Made by a program: the position numbers and the translations under genes. From NCBI GenBank assembly GCA_028534125.1, contig CM052818.1, forward strand, positions 41,542,001 to 41,606,000: a stretch of 64,000 nt of DNA, read 5' to 3'. Of the stretch, positions 36,200 through 49,316 are shown one piece after another (position 1 is the stretch's first letter; each line of letters opens with the position of its first letter). Source of the stretch: Lama glama (Eukaryota). The notes below the pieces were generated by a model. That model worked only from the letters and a program-made list of their open reading frames with translations. It searched no databases and was not told the origin of the DNA.

Positions 36200-38560
36200 C
36201 CTTTCTTCCTGATTTTCAGTGAAACAAGAGAAAAATAAGCAGCAGAGAATAAAAATCATAGAAATTAGGGAAAAGAAATAGAGACACAAGTAGACCAGGA
36301 AAGTTAACAAATTTCTGAAAGATGACAAATAGATTAAATCAAATGAATGGCTCATCTAAAGTAGAGACCGTGGATGACCAGAACAGAAGAGGAGAAGGTT
36401 GCTGCAGAGGTGGAACTGTCTTAATTAACAAAATCCTAAGCAAGCTCCAAATTTGAAGTCTATGGCTATGGAAAGCCAAAAATTAAAGAGGAGTATCTAC
36501 GTCATTTAATTTTAAAATCTCTTTATGAAATATCTGAACTACTCAATCTTCTCTCCTTAAACAGAGCAACCTGCAGCCACTTGGCTTTAGGCAGGGAACT
36601 CCCCATTCTATAAAAGTTGAACACTTGCTTTGGGGGAAGTCTTCGGTGCTTATGTTAGAGCTGTTCTCGGAGTGAAGTCCTTCTTTCTGGTGGGCTGGTG
36701 GTGGGTAGAAGGTCCAGGCAAGGCAGTCTGCTCATAAAATCCAATCTAAATCCTGCCAGTCAACACACACGTACACACACACACACACACAGAGTTCCCC
36801 CATCGTCCTCCCATTCAGGAGAAAGGTTTGCTGGGCAAACAAGTCAACATAATAGTGGGAGAAATTCACAACAGCTTTTCATACTGGTCAACCAATTCTT
36901 CATTCATAAAGATGAATGGGGACCTAAGAGTTGCCCTACATTTGAAGTGGGGAGAAAAAGCAAGATAAATGAGAATAGCTCATCTCCTAAAGAAGAAATA
37001 GAGTTAACCCAGGAGACAAAAAAGCATGTAAAAGTATAATGATGATGTTTAGGGAGAGCTTAGATAATATTAAAATTATTTTTGAAATGGGAATCACTAA
37101 AAGAACACTTGGAAAATAAGATAGAATATTTGAAATTTATTAAAAAAAACAAACAGTATGATTGACCAAAAAAATCAGTAGAAAGTATGAAAGACAAAAT
37201 CAAGGATATCTCCCTGAAAGGAGAGGAAAAAAATTTTTAAAGGCAAATGAAAGAGAAAAATAGAAAGACAGGGAAGATCCATTCAGGATATTCATAATCT
37301 AACTAATAGATATTCCAGAAAAAAAAAGATCCAGAAAGGAAAATTATCAACTAAATAACACAATAAAAATTTCCGGAGCTGAAGACTGCTGATCCTTAAA
37401 TTGCAAGGATCACTAAAGGTCAAGAAATAGAATGAATAAAACGTGATCCAAATTTTAACGCATATATTGTTGTGAAAGTTCATTTGTTGAGAATAAGAGG
37501 GCAAGCTTAGGTGCTTTGAGAGAGACAGAACATTAGACAAAAAAAAAAAAACCTGAAAAATTTAAACCAAAAAAAGACAATCAGATTATCAACAGACTTA
37601 TTAGCAGTAGATACAAATGGAGAAGTCCTTAAACATTATGCAATAAAGCATTTTCATTGGCACAAGGGCTCAGAAATTTCCTTTCCATCCACTATTTCTG
37701 GAAGCAAAATCCTTCAGGATATATTGCAACAAAATAATAAACACATAGACACTAAAAAGGAAGATACGAGATTCAAGAAAGAGTGAAACTAGTCCAAGAG
37801 TAAATGAAAAAAAAAAGTCCCAGTAAGACTGCAAAGAAATAGGCTGGGAAAGTAATCAGTCCAAGTGAGATTATTAGACAATTAATATGATTGATTGAAA
37901 ATATGGATATTGTTACAGATATTGTAAAGAAAGCATATGCTTCTTTGATAATCAAGAAAAAAAGTAATTGGGAACACCAAGAGAAATATAAAACTATACT
38001 ACAAATTTAAGACTCAAACATAAAGCAAATCAAAATATGGGATGATTTGGAGTAATTAATGAAGCAAAAAAAGAAGGATCTCTCTGAATATATTACTTGG
38101 ATCTCTTTTAATCATACAGTACAGTGACAAAAATTCTATTTTTTTTCTTTACTGATCCAGAGACACTAATTGGATTAACAGTGAATGATATTTATATGAT
38201 CAAATATTTAAAATTCTGTTTATGGATCTATATGTATAGAACTAACATACAAACAATAAGACTTAATCATGGTACAAATAGAATGTAATTATCTTGTAAA
38301 CTTTGACAATGTGAAAGTCACTGTAGAGTTGCCATATTACACTTTGGAAAGTGTTGAATGAATGAAGGACAGAGGGTGACAATTTTCTTTTCCTGTCACA
38401 TGAGAGAAAAGACTGCCAACAGTTAGTGGAATAAGAAATAGAAGTTTAAGTACACCATTTAAAGTAACCAGGTGGATAAATAAATGAACAGAACTATAAC
38501 CATATGGTTTAGAATTAGGGCACTAACTCCAAGAACGACAGAAATCAGAAAAGGTTAAAA
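36200..38560 (+). mobile_element. Ancient L1/HAL1-like remnant (decayed ORF1 region), continuing at about 39041-39180
   Basis: Strongly A-rich + strand. ORF1-like segments at about 37250-37650 (taatagatattccagaa, aaatttccggagctgaaga, aatcagattatcaacagactt). No open frame. Confidence 0.65.
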
Positions 38561-39040
38561 ATGAAGCAACCTAAATGTCCACTGACAGTTGTTTAGGTAA
38601 AGATGTTGTGGTATGTGTATGAAATGGACTACTACTCAGCCATAGAAAAGAAGAAAACAGCAGCAACATGGGTAGACCTGGAGATCACCGTATGAAGTGA
38701 AGTAAGCCAGAAAGAGAAAGAAAAATGCCATATGAGATCATTTATATGTGGAATCTTTTTTTAAAAGGGAGGCACAAATGAACTTATTTACAAAATAGAG
38801 ATAGATGCACAGACATAGAAAACAAACTCATGGTTATGGGGAGGAAGGGGTGGGGAGGGATAAATTGATAGTTTGGGATTTGCAGATACAAATTACTATA
38901 TAAAATAGATAGACAATGAGGTCCTACTGTATAGCATATATATGTGTGTGTGTGTGTATTCACTATGTTGTACATCAGAAATTAACACATTGTAAATGAA
39001 CTGTACTTCAAGATACAAAAAAAAAAAGAAAAACGAAAAC
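38561..39040 (+). mobile_element. L1 3' end (ORF2 end plus 3'UTR, cetartiodactyl/L1MA-type)
   Basis: gcaacctaaatgtcca...actactcagccata...gcagcaacatgggtagacctggaga...atgtggaatc...gacatagaaaacaaactcatggtta..., ending in an A-rich tail. Confidence 0.9.
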
Positions 39041-39573
39041 TAAAAGATTACTGCTTGGTAATGGACTTGAGGAGAGAATTAACTTTTTCTTCCATAAAAT
39101 TTCTGCACTGTTTTGAAATTTTTACCATATGCCCAAATGAATTTTGTAATGATAATAATAATATTAAAAAAATTAAATAATACCATTCCAGGAGGAACAT
39201 AACATTTATTGAGCCCCTGATATGTGGGCATCACACATACCATCTCAACTTCCTAGTCATAAAATGAAGTCGCCATGGTCATTGTCTTTTCTGGGCCTGA
39301 TTTTCCTTATTGATGATAAATTGGTCAAACAGCTGGTAAGTGTGATGGCAGCTTCGCCAGGTGCTCTTTCCCCAGCTGTGCCATCCTTCCTCAGCGAGGT
39401 CCTCTACGCAGACCGATGTGCTGAGATTACAGACTTCGATTCTAACCTTGTCTCCACTGCCAGCTTGTCACTGCCAGCTTGTTTATGGCTCTGAACAGCT
39501 CATGTTTCACCTCAATTTTCTTCTTTGAAATGAATGAACTTGAGCAGAAAAGTATCTAGGACTTTGTATTTTT

Positions 39574-39714
39574 TTTTTTTTGGAGGGGGAGGTCATTAGG
39601 TTTACTTATTTATTTTTAGAGGAGGTACTAGGGATTGAACCCAGGACCTCCTGCATTGTGAGCATGCACTCTGCCACTTGAGCTATACCCTCCCCCCATA
39701 CCCTCCCCCTCCAA
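39574..39714 (-). mobile_element. tRNA-Ala-derived SINE (camelid Vic-1-like) with perfect 13-bp TSD
   Basis: Same head and tail as the other two copies, poly(T) on the + strand. actttgtattttt occurs at both 39561-39573 and 39715-39727. Confidence 0.93.
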
Positions 39715-39766
39715 ACTTTGTATTTTTAAATTAGCTTGTGTTCTATCCATACCCCCACCTCTGCCG

Positions 39767-39793
39767 CACACACACACACACACACACACTCAC
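39767..39793. repeat. (CA)n microsatellite
   Basis: Direct reading. Confidence 0.9.
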
Positions 39794-40724
39794 AGAAAAG
39801 TATGGACTTTAGAACAGACTTATTCGTAATCTTGGGCTGCCTACTTAACCTCTTTGAGTCTCTTTTCATCATCTATAAAAGGAAGTCAATAAATACACCC
39901 TGATTTCATCATTATTTTCATATCGCTTCTTCTGTCTGGCCAGATGGGGGCGTTGCCTCCCTTGGCATTGGTCATCCAATGATTGGAAGTTGTGCGATGC
40001 CTGGCATCCGGAAGGGAGAGGAGAGACGGTTACTGCAGGCTCTAATTCAAGAGCAGAAACCCCTTCTGGATAATGGGATTGTAATGTGAACTATGCATTT
40101 AACTTCTTGATCAAGCACAGGGAAAGAGCATGCTTCTCAGAAAGGGATGATTTCATAGTTCAATGAGGTTAAAATGAAAATAATACAATACAGTTAGTTC
40201 TCAAACTGAGGAGGAATGAAAAGGGTAATCTTCCTTTAGAGACAGAAAATCTTCGAGGATGTTATTCCAACTGTGCCCAGTTTCCTCCATGCTCTTGATT
40301 GACAGATTGGTATGAGAACTTCCAGAGCTGTGGTTGATGGGGTGGATACTCCCAAATAATGCTTAAATAGTTCAACAGTCAATGTGACTTTTCTCTTACA
40401 CTTTACAGTGGACTGTTTTCCTATAGGCAGAGGGGTTTTATTAACATTTGAGCCCATGAGTCTTTTGAAGTGGAGATCAACAGAGCTTCTCTACCTGAGT
40501 TCTTTGGTTGTTTAAAATGTTTGGAATGATTAAAAAAACAAAAACAAAAACTTTGGATTAATAAAAGTTTCTTAGTCAACTTCAGGGCAAAATATAAAAA
40601 TAGTTGCTGAATTTCATACCCATAATATGCCAGGATTTGAAGGGACCTTTGGCATTATCTAATCACACTGACTCATATTAAAGGAGATGGTATGATTTCT
40701 CCAAATCCATAAATCCATTTACTT

Positions 40725-41060
40725 ATCCTTGTATTTATTTAAGCAACAAATGTTTGTTGAACAACTATTCAGTCCTGGGGATTATGTCAGGCTGTGGGAA
40801 AACAAATGTGCATACGCAACAGCCTTCTGCCTTCCAAGAGCTTCCGGTCTGGAGGGGAGGCAGGCATGTGTTCATTCCAAGGGAACATAGCAAGACCTAA
40901 GAGAGAGATGGTAGCCCAGTGATCTGGGAGAACAGCTAAGAACTCTGATTCTTCTGAGGGGCTGGGAAAAGTCTTAGGAAGGGCATCTTAAGTGAGTAGA
41001 GTCTTGCAGGATGAGAAAAACAGGAAAAGAAACATTCCAGGTAGAAGCAACACTACGTGT
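40725..41060 (-). mobile_element. L2 3' end
   Basis: caacaaatgtttgttgaacaactatt...ctgccttccaagagctt...acattccaggtagaag. Confidence 0.7.
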
Positions 41061-41684
41061 AGGATTTTACAGGTCAAAGCAATTCAACAGTGTGATTAGG
41101 CGAAGTGGCGCCCTGTGGGCCATGAATCTCCTTGTAGGAGAAATAGGGGTCCTGGACTCCAGGTTTTCCAGAATAAAAGCAAATCATGTAGAAATGGAAA
41201 ACTTGGATGTAGGCCAGCGTGGGTTTCCAACGACTTCATCGTGTGGCCAGGAAATCAAAGCAGGTCTTGAATGTAATGAGAAGAGGGCATTTCAGGGATC
41301 CAAGTTCAAGAAGAGTTCTGTCTGCTGCTCTTGGGATTTCTATCACAGAACCCAAACACACGAAACCGTGGCTCCTTAAAGACAAAGGCAAAAAGGTGAG
41401 TACTCAAATATTCTGGAGGGAAAAAGCCCAGGATGTATAACTCTTTGTGAGAAAGTGTACCAATTCATATATGGAACATTTTAATAGTCAATATTGCAAG
41501 CAGTAGAGTCTTGAAATTCTTCTTTTTCCTTACGCTCGATGGAAGGCATCTTGATTTACAAAGAGAAAGTTTCCTTCTTCAGTGTGTACAAAGGACCTCC
41601 ATCTTTTGTTCCCCTGGGATTTTGAATGGAAAGATCTTTATTATTGCATAATCACAACTCCATGCAGAGATGGGAAGTGGTAGC

Positions 41685-41900
41685 ACGTGGCGATGAAAGC
41701 CAGGGGATCTGGAGCCAGACTTCTCCGGTTTAAATGCTGACTCGGCCACTTATTAGTTAAATGTGAATTTAAACAAGTTACGTAACCCCTCTGTCCTTCA
41801 GGTATAGTAATAATATTTATCTTTTAAAGACTTTGAGCGTCTTTATGTATGAGCTCATTTGTAAAAAGCCTGGTACAGACTATTACTCAATGTTTTTTTC
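41685..41900 (+). mobile_element. MIR SINE
   Basis: tctggagccagact...ggtttaaatg...ccactta...acaagttacgtaacccctctgt...gcctggtacagactattactcaat. Confidence 0.72.
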
Positions 41901-42257
41901 TAACATTATTATTTTTTGTTATTAATATTATGATTTTTCATGAAGCACTGCAGTGAGCACTGATCTTTCTTCCCAGGTCTCAGATGTGGTCAAACAGACT
42001 GAGCAGTCAACATCCAGAAGACTTTGATCAAACATTATATTATAGACCCTAAGGGAGAATAAGATATAGTCTTTGCTTCAAGGAATTTATACACAATAAA
42101 GTATATTTACTGCTAGTTCTTTCATTCTTTTAAAGTAATATGAACTTGAAAATTATGGACCTTAATGTCTTCATTCTGCCTTGAGTATTCATTCTCCTTC
42201 CTCTATGCTTACCTAAATTCTACCCATTTCTCAGGACTCAATGCAATTGCTAGTCAT

Positions 42258-43020
42258 TGTATCCGTTAGGACCCAATCAGTAAGGCAAAGCCACACAGTA
42301 ATTCAAACACGGAAAATCTAATATAAGGAAGTATTAGATTAGAACGGAGGATCGTGGTACTGAGAGACTGGCCAGTAAAAAGGAAAGAGCACACCAGAGA
42401 TTATAGGAATAGAAAACATAAGAAGCAGCCACTCTGCCTAGGACTCAGCATGGCTAAGGGAAAGGTTCCCCAGGGCCAAGGTCGAGACCTTGTTGGAGAG
42501 TCCAGGCCTCACAGGATAGAAGAAAAGTTGCTGTGGTGTCATCCTAGTGAAACTTGCTGGAAATCTGCCCCCTAGGGTGTGACGGAAAGCTGTTCATGGG
42601 GAGACATTTCATTGCAGGCACTTTGCTATAAAACCACTCGAGGTTAGGAGTGCCATGGGGTGCCAACCACCATGTGCTGGCCATCATGCACCAAAGAATC
42701 TGTGCATGTTGTAAAAGCCTTAGCATGATGCTAAGAAAGCTACCATGCTCCAGGAGTTCAGTGCTGGGGAAGCTGCGTGCACGCAGGAGCCTGGTACCTG
42801 AGGTCACGTGCACTGCAGAAGACTGCGGAGCAAGCACATTGGAACGGGGAGCAGACATCCTTCCTGCAGTGTCTCTCCACTCTCCTCTAATGACAAAGCT
42901 TAACATTCATTTCCTTAGTTAGTTAGCAAAGGAAAAATATTTAAAGAGCTCAGCTCCATTGCCGAAGAGCAAGCAAAAAGAGGGAATTTGAAACTAAGAG
43001 GCAATTTGGTAACTAGGACA
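42258..43020 (-). mobile_element. ERVL LTR (LTR41-like) with adjacent polypurine tract
   Basis: TG...CA termini. gtccacccctt immediately follows at 43021 (aaggggtggac PPT on the minus strand). Similar to the 9.5-10.3 kb LTR at both ends. Confidence 0.78.
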
Positions 43021-44513
43021 GTCCACCCCTTTCACTATTGAGTTCCCATATGCAGTTCTTTATATAAAGCTGATGTCTGGCTGTATTTCCACCAACATGG
43101 TCTTAGGGTTTACCTCTTGGACCACTTAGAACGTATCTTCTACAACATGCTAACCATGGTACGTAATCTTGTTGGAGTGCAAAACTGAGTAGGACCACGA
43201 AGTGCTTTCCTTAGCATGGAGACCTCTCTGGTACTGAAACATGGTATTGTGGCATGGACTTTGGTTGCCAGGCCACATTGGTGACTTTCATTAAACTTAA
43301 CTTCCAATTAAACTTTGAGTAATGTTTTTTCGATCCATCCTGCACATTTTTGCATCATTTATTTAGTTTGCATGTTCATCTGTTCAATCAATTAATATTC
43401 ATTGAATGCCTGGTCTATGATGGGTGAAAAAGGCCACCACCTCTTACTTTAAGGAGCTGCAGCACTGGCTGGGTCCTTGGGCGTTTGCCAACCCGCCCCT
43501 GGTCTCTTCTAAGCCCTGAAAGCTTACCTTCTATCCTTTGTAAGAAATTACATCTTTATCACTATGGGAAGTGAACATTTTTCCTTTTCTTCTGCCTGCT
43601 TAAGCCTTGAAACTCCTCTGGGTAATTATAAGATATTGTTGTTTCCAATTTTCCTGGTTCTAAATCCAATGAGATTTACCCTCACGTGGGAAAGGTGTAA
43701 GAGAAGTTGGCACAAATTATGAATGACTGTGTCAATGCGTGCTCCTTCTATTGCCACAAAGCGCTGTTGAGATATCTGGTTTTGAGCCAGGGATTCTCAC
43801 CCCAAATTCAAAATTGACCAAAGGTCCAAGAATAGGACCTCTAGCACTGCAATAAATACATTTTCACACCATTCTCTTGTTGAAGTGGGATTTCAGGAGA
43901 GCCAGGAAATGTGTAGAGTTCAGGGAAGAGGAGAGGTGGTCCCAGGTAACAGGGCTGAGTGGGAAAGTTCAGAGGGAAGACAGGGCTTGTTGAGGAAATG
44001 GGGTTGGGAAGAGATTCAGGCCACCTGGGAGAGAGGCCTGAGTGCGCAGCCGAGGGAGACAGCGGGTCTAGCATTCAGAGAACGTCTTCAGGGAAACTTG
44101 TCCCTGTTATTTCTCTAACACTGCCTAACTCGTGAACTGTGAGTGCCAGTAGGTGTTTGCCTGAATAGCAAAATTCCAACACTCTGTCTTTTACTTTAGT
44201 TTTCTTCCCAAACTGTTTATTTTAGGGAGACAGGTGTCCCTCTTTTTCTGTGAAGCAGCAGCAGCACAAATAGCAGGACACATTTCGTCTGGCTGATTCA
44301 GTTCCCAGAGGGTGTCATGGGGACCGTGGCCACACTGGCGTGGGTCTCATCCCAGGCTTGTCATTTTAGCCGTGTCTACAAATGTTCAGTTATTCCCAGC
44401 TTCCTGCCCAGCTCTCCGAGATAGGAGTGAACGTTTGTGGTAATTAAAACAGTGTGAAATTTGCACTGTCAGGAAACACTGCTATTTTTTTTCCCCCTCT
44501 GCCAGCCATCATG

Positions 44514-44523
44514 CTATTTATAG
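44514..44523. promoter_or_regulatory. Consensus MEF2 site
   Basis: CTATTTATAG within tgCTATTTATAGca, in repeat-free sequence. Motif match only. Confidence 0.4.
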
Positions 44524-45179
44524 CAATATGCTTCACCATTTATTTGCTGGGCAGTGACATCAAGAAGCAGATATTAAGCAACGAAGCCAATTTACTCCAC
44601 AAAAACATCCATTATCTTTATCACCAACAGAGACTGGAAAATAATCAATTAGAATGCTTCACTTGGGAATGACTAATTGAATTGTTGAATATACAATATT
44701 GGAAAAGTCACCCTGGGAACCTACATATTAATTCATATAAGAGACAAGACCTATTCTACAGAAAATTGGTACCACTTTGTACATCAAGAGCACATTCATC
44801 TATAGACTCAAGTTACAAGCCAAAATTCTCCATCCTGAGTCTTCTGTATCTGAATTTGGTCTTATCCCATAGGAAGCGTCACATTTGTCATGGAGCATTC
44901 ATTTCTATTTCCTAAACACCCTACCATAAGCTATCTTCCCCAAAATAATGCCTATAATCAGCCCAGACTAAGGCATCCAGTTACACAGATGCACGTGTGC
45001 ACATACATGCACACACTCATACACATAGCTACACACACATTTATACACATACCTACACATATACTATTCTCAGCTTTTGAAGATCTACTCAAAAGTTCTC
45101 ATGCAGAGAAGTTAAGACACATGTCAAATGGTTTAGCCAAAGAGCCAGCCCACAGGACAGAATTCTTTTCCATTGTTTA

Positions 45180-46110
45180 GCTTATTCATTCTTTCTTTCA
45201 ATTGACTAAACAGATATTACATGCCTAGGACCACTTAATAAACTTAGGATATGCAGATGTGAAAGAGACAGTTCCTGTCCTTAAGGGATTCATACTTCAG
45301 TGAGAAAGACAAGCTGGGAGACTGATCATTTCAACGCACGGCGATCGATGGGTGCTGTAACAGGGTCCTGTGTAGGGTGCCTTGGGGTCAGAAAGAGCAG
45401 GTCACTGACATTGTAGATGAGTCTGGCAGTGAACTTAGGTTAAAAAGTCTGGAAGAAGAGCATCTCAGTCAGTCAGTCAGAAGCATTACTTAATTTCAAA
45501 GGATGAACATTTGAAAGAGTCTGGCATATCTGGAGAATATATTATGTGCAAAATAGAGAACTTGAGGTGGAATATGGAAGACTTGAGAAACCAAGGAAGA
45601 GCTCTGTGGAAGACTTGAGAAATCAAGCCTGCTGTGCTAGGCTTGCTTTTCCTTCTGAAAACCTTGGGAAGCCTCGGAATATTTTAAACAGAGGAGTAAC
45701 CTGACGAATTGGTTTCGGGGAGATGATTCTGGCATTAGTGTGGATAATGGAAGGGAGAGTAACGGCAGGACAGAGAATGGGCAGGGGACGTGGGAGAGAG
45801 AGGGAGATGGGAAACCAACTGGGAATGTTTGCAAAAGTATAAATGAGAAACCACACTGGAGACTGGATATAGAGCAGAAGACCTCAGCCTTGGGAAGGGA
45901 GAAATGATAAGGCATAAGGAGGAGATAGGCACCCAGGGTTCTGGGTTGAGTAAAGAGAAACTTGATAAAACCATTTGCTGAGATATAGACCAAGGGAAGG
46001 AACCATTCCAGGAGAAAAGTTCAGCTCCGGACATGTTGAATTTGCAATGTCTGTGGGTCCGTGGAGGGGACGTGTGGTGGATACAGACATATCAGAGTCA
46101 AACACCAGAC
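45180..46110 (-). mobile_element. L2 fragments
   Basis: ttcattctttctttcaa...gacagttcctgtccttaaggg; attttaaacagaggagtaacctga...ggagatgattctggc...gttcagctccggacatgttgaatttg. Confidence 0.72.
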
Positions 46111-47214
46111 CAGAACTAGAAGACTTCTGCATGGCCTTCCTTGAGCCTTCTGACAGGATAAAAGAGTCATCACTGTCTCCAGATCCTCACTTCCTATAAA
46201 GTGTCCTGCTCAGTGGTGGGTGGGGGAAGGGGACACTCCCTTCCCCGTACTCCTCCTTTGTTAGTTACATTGAAGATGTCTAGCTTGAGAGGAGTTACCA
46301 ACCTGCCCAGCTCCTTCTGTGAATCTTGGGTGCATCTGACTCTCCCCTTCAGACAGCCCACTTTGAGGACAAAGAGACACTTGCAGGCATTGTATAGATG
46401 GAGAGATGCTGCCTTAAGGGTCCAGTTACTTCTTACTGATGTTTAAAATTTGTTTAGGAGGGTTCTAATTTTAGAATTCAGAGGGTTTAAAAAAATCAGC
46501 TTCACTCTTTCATTCTATTCCAACTCTTATCTTCCTCCCTCAGTAACCAGGGCCATGACCTGCTCTGGGGTGAGGTGGACGGTCTCCCGGGCCACTCGTA
46601 TCGAAGGTCCTTGGCAGAGGTGCACCAGTCTCAGGGGCCTCCCTGCTAAGTGCTAGTCTTTGTTTTTTTTTATTTTTCTTCCTAAGCAAAATGACCTTCA
46701 ACAGAAATCACTCTTTTATAACTCAGGGCAAAAACCGTCTGTCTGTGTTTTGCATTTGGACATAGCTACCTCAGTATTAGAGACATAAGGTTTTTTGCTA
46801 AGGAACTCAACTATGGGGGATTGGTCTTGATTTTATTTTGTTAGGATTTTCAGTCTTCCCAAAGCATTTGAAAAACACATCCATTCAAAGATGACTCTCG
46901 GTCCGGGGCCCCACCATCTCCAATTTCATTGCATGTTTTTCCAGAGAGAGATTTAAAGTTCTCACCCTCTCATGTCAAGAAAGCATACTTGTATAAGTGA
47001 GAGGGAGAGGTTGACTCTGAATCCAATTTCAGTGTCTTGTGTTTTTTCTTGAAATTGAGAAGAAGGCAAAGGCAAACATTCACATAGTCACAAAATAAAT
47101 CAGGCAGGGATGGTGGAATTTGGAGACTCCCCCTCAGATCTCTGCTGAGTGGTCACCTTTGCACATGGCCTTCCCTTTAAATGTATATTTAAAAGCCAAG
47201 CTGAGGTAGGAATT

Positions 47215-47545
47215 TAGGATCATAAAGTGCTTACACCCCTTTGCCCCAGCTATTGCAATTCTGGAATTATAGCTTTAGGAAACAACCACAAAATAGGCTT
47301 TGTACACAAAGATGTTCATTACACTGTTGTTTATGGTAGCAGAAAGGACAATGAGTAAAATATTCCTGGAAAATATTACTGGCAGGAAAAATATGGTATA
47401 ATATCAAGTAAAGAAAGCAAGATAAAAATATTTATTTTCTATGCAATTTCTGAACTAAAAATATTAGTTAGGATAAAAGACTTAAAGGACACATATCAAA
47501 ATATTTACAGTTGTTGTTTCAGGCTGGTGATAGCATGAGTTCCAA
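47215..47545 (+). mobile_element. Old L1 (L1ME/L1MC-type) 3' fragment
   Basis: ccctttgccccagctattgcaattctggaattata...acaaagatgttcattacactgttgtttatggtagcagaaa, typical of old L1 ORF2 end/3'UTR. Confidence 0.65.
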
Positions 47546-48129
47546 ATCTACAACAGGCAGGAAAAGAAAAAAAGAAAAAAGAAAGAAAAAAAAAAAAGAA
47601 TGGGAGTTTTTTTTTTTAATATGTTAAACATTGGAGAATCAGCATCAAGACTGACAAGTGATTCATTCAAAATAAAATGTGTGGATTGTGAAGACAGTCA
47701 GTTTCTTTCTTCTGCTTTCAATGAGGTGGAGACCAGAGGGGTGGAATGCATTTTCATAGTCCTAGAACTACACGTGATACTCAGGGAGTAACCTTTTACC
47801 CCAACAGAAGCCAGGTACTAGGATTTTCAGAGGGAGATGATGAAATTCATCAATGACTGACCCGTAGTCTAGAATGTTGGACTCTCAGTCAGGAATACAA
47901 ATAACCGTAATGCTGATGCCATGAGAGAGATGCAACCCAAGTACTTCAAGAAGAGCCCTTAGTCCACAAGTTTTGATGGATGGAAAAGATTTGGTTTAAA
48001 ATATAGACTATAAGAAAAAGAGTGGTGAAAAGTCATGCCCAGCAGTTCTGATGCCTTGCCCAATGTCTGGTGGAGAGCCATACGTGTTTGCCAAACTGCT
48101 GACCGGTACTTAGAGCTCTTTTGGGTTTG

Positions 48130-48430
48130 GCCAGACTCTGGACACCCAGGATGAGAATTTGTAGTTAATGCTGTCAACAATGAGCATCCACTGAAACTGT
48201 CTGAGCAGGGGGAATAAAAGCTAAGAGCTTTGTTTTAAGAAAACCTAGTTGGATGTAACAAGTGAGGGGAATTGGGTGGAAAAGGCTGAAGGCAGAGTTG
48301 GGGGTGGGGAGGCAGTAGTGGAGGTCATTACTAGGTGAGTCGTGAGCGACTATCCAGATAGGATGGGAGGACCAGAGATGAGCCTGAGAGCAGAGCAAAG
48401 GGGAGGAAGGAATCCAAAATGTTGATTTCG
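48130..48430 (-). mobile_element. L2 fragment
   Basis: catccactgaaa...tgagcaggggga...ttgttttaagaaa...ggaggcagtagtggagg...atccagatagga. Confidence 0.6.
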
Positions 48431-48900
48431 ATGCCAAACAGTACTGCATAACCTCTCATGCTGAACTTGAGTTACCTGCACATGCCAAAAATTTCACAAC
48501 CATCCTGCTTTCCTGTGAGTTTGGGGTTGATGAGGACATGTGGATGCAGGCGGAGAACTTGCAGAGCAAAGTCATTGCCAAACAGGTGAGTTTCCTCAGG
48601 AAATCAAGGGGTCTCTTTCAGTTTCCACTCACACCTCTCTCTCACCTGGGTTCTTGTCACACACTGCAAAAGCTTTGGCAGAGGGATCTCACAGAGCTTT
48701 GATCCTCTTACGAGGCAGCTCGCCCAGGCTTGTGGCGCCCGCCTCCTCCTTTCCCGGGCTCCCGCCTCTCCTCCTCAACTACTACGCCTTTGGAATCCAT
48801 CACACACCACATACATGTAACCTCTGGCCCAGGTGGTCATTCAAAGCACAAACAAGCCTAGAATCTCCCCAGATAAAAACAATCCTCAACCCTGCAAATA

Positions 48901-49312
48901 CGCAGGGGGCATTTTTAATTGCCTACCCAGAATCCATTTCTTCCTTCATTCCTCACTTTTTTTCCTCCATCTACCTCTGTGCTTCAAAGAGAGCTGACCA
49001 CACTCCCAATTCTGGGAATGGGTCTGATTTGTTAAAGTAATTCTACTGATCAGTTCAGGAGTTGTAAGGCTCCAACTTGGCCCGATGAGACCTAAGAGAT
49101 ATTTCCTGGTGCTTCTGCCAAAGTAGTTTGTTCACTATCAAGCATCACCGGAACATGTGGTGTCTCTCCCTCTAGATGGTTTTGTACTGAGGAGGGTCCC
49201 AGGACTATTGCACCCATCTTGCTGCTTGATTGAGGCTGAAATTGTTGCAGAGAGAAGAACTGAAAGAAAATCATAGCCACTCCCTTCAAATTTAAGTTAG
49301 TTTGAGTTGACC
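48901..49312. mobile_element. ERVL solo LTR (LTR16-like)
   Basis: tgcctacccagaatccatttcttcc...ggcccgatgagac...cccatcttg...ttaagttagtttgagttg. Confidence 0.6.
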
Positions 49313-49316
49313 TATG

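Noticed and set aside
9494..43020. Two LTR41-like LTRs as the ends of a single provirus
   Set aside because: They are about 32 kb apart and strongly diverged from each other, there is no retroviral interior between them, and the PPT of the right LTR faces away from the left one.
45575..45622. 16-bp direct repeat tggaagacttgagaaa; also short duplications at 1-53 and 39455-39482
   Set aside because: Ordinary local slippage duplications with no further structure.
47560..47617. A-rich run followed by a T-run as a possible hairpin or terminator
   Set aside because: Low-complexity tail next to an old L1; pairing is a trivial consequence of homopolymers.
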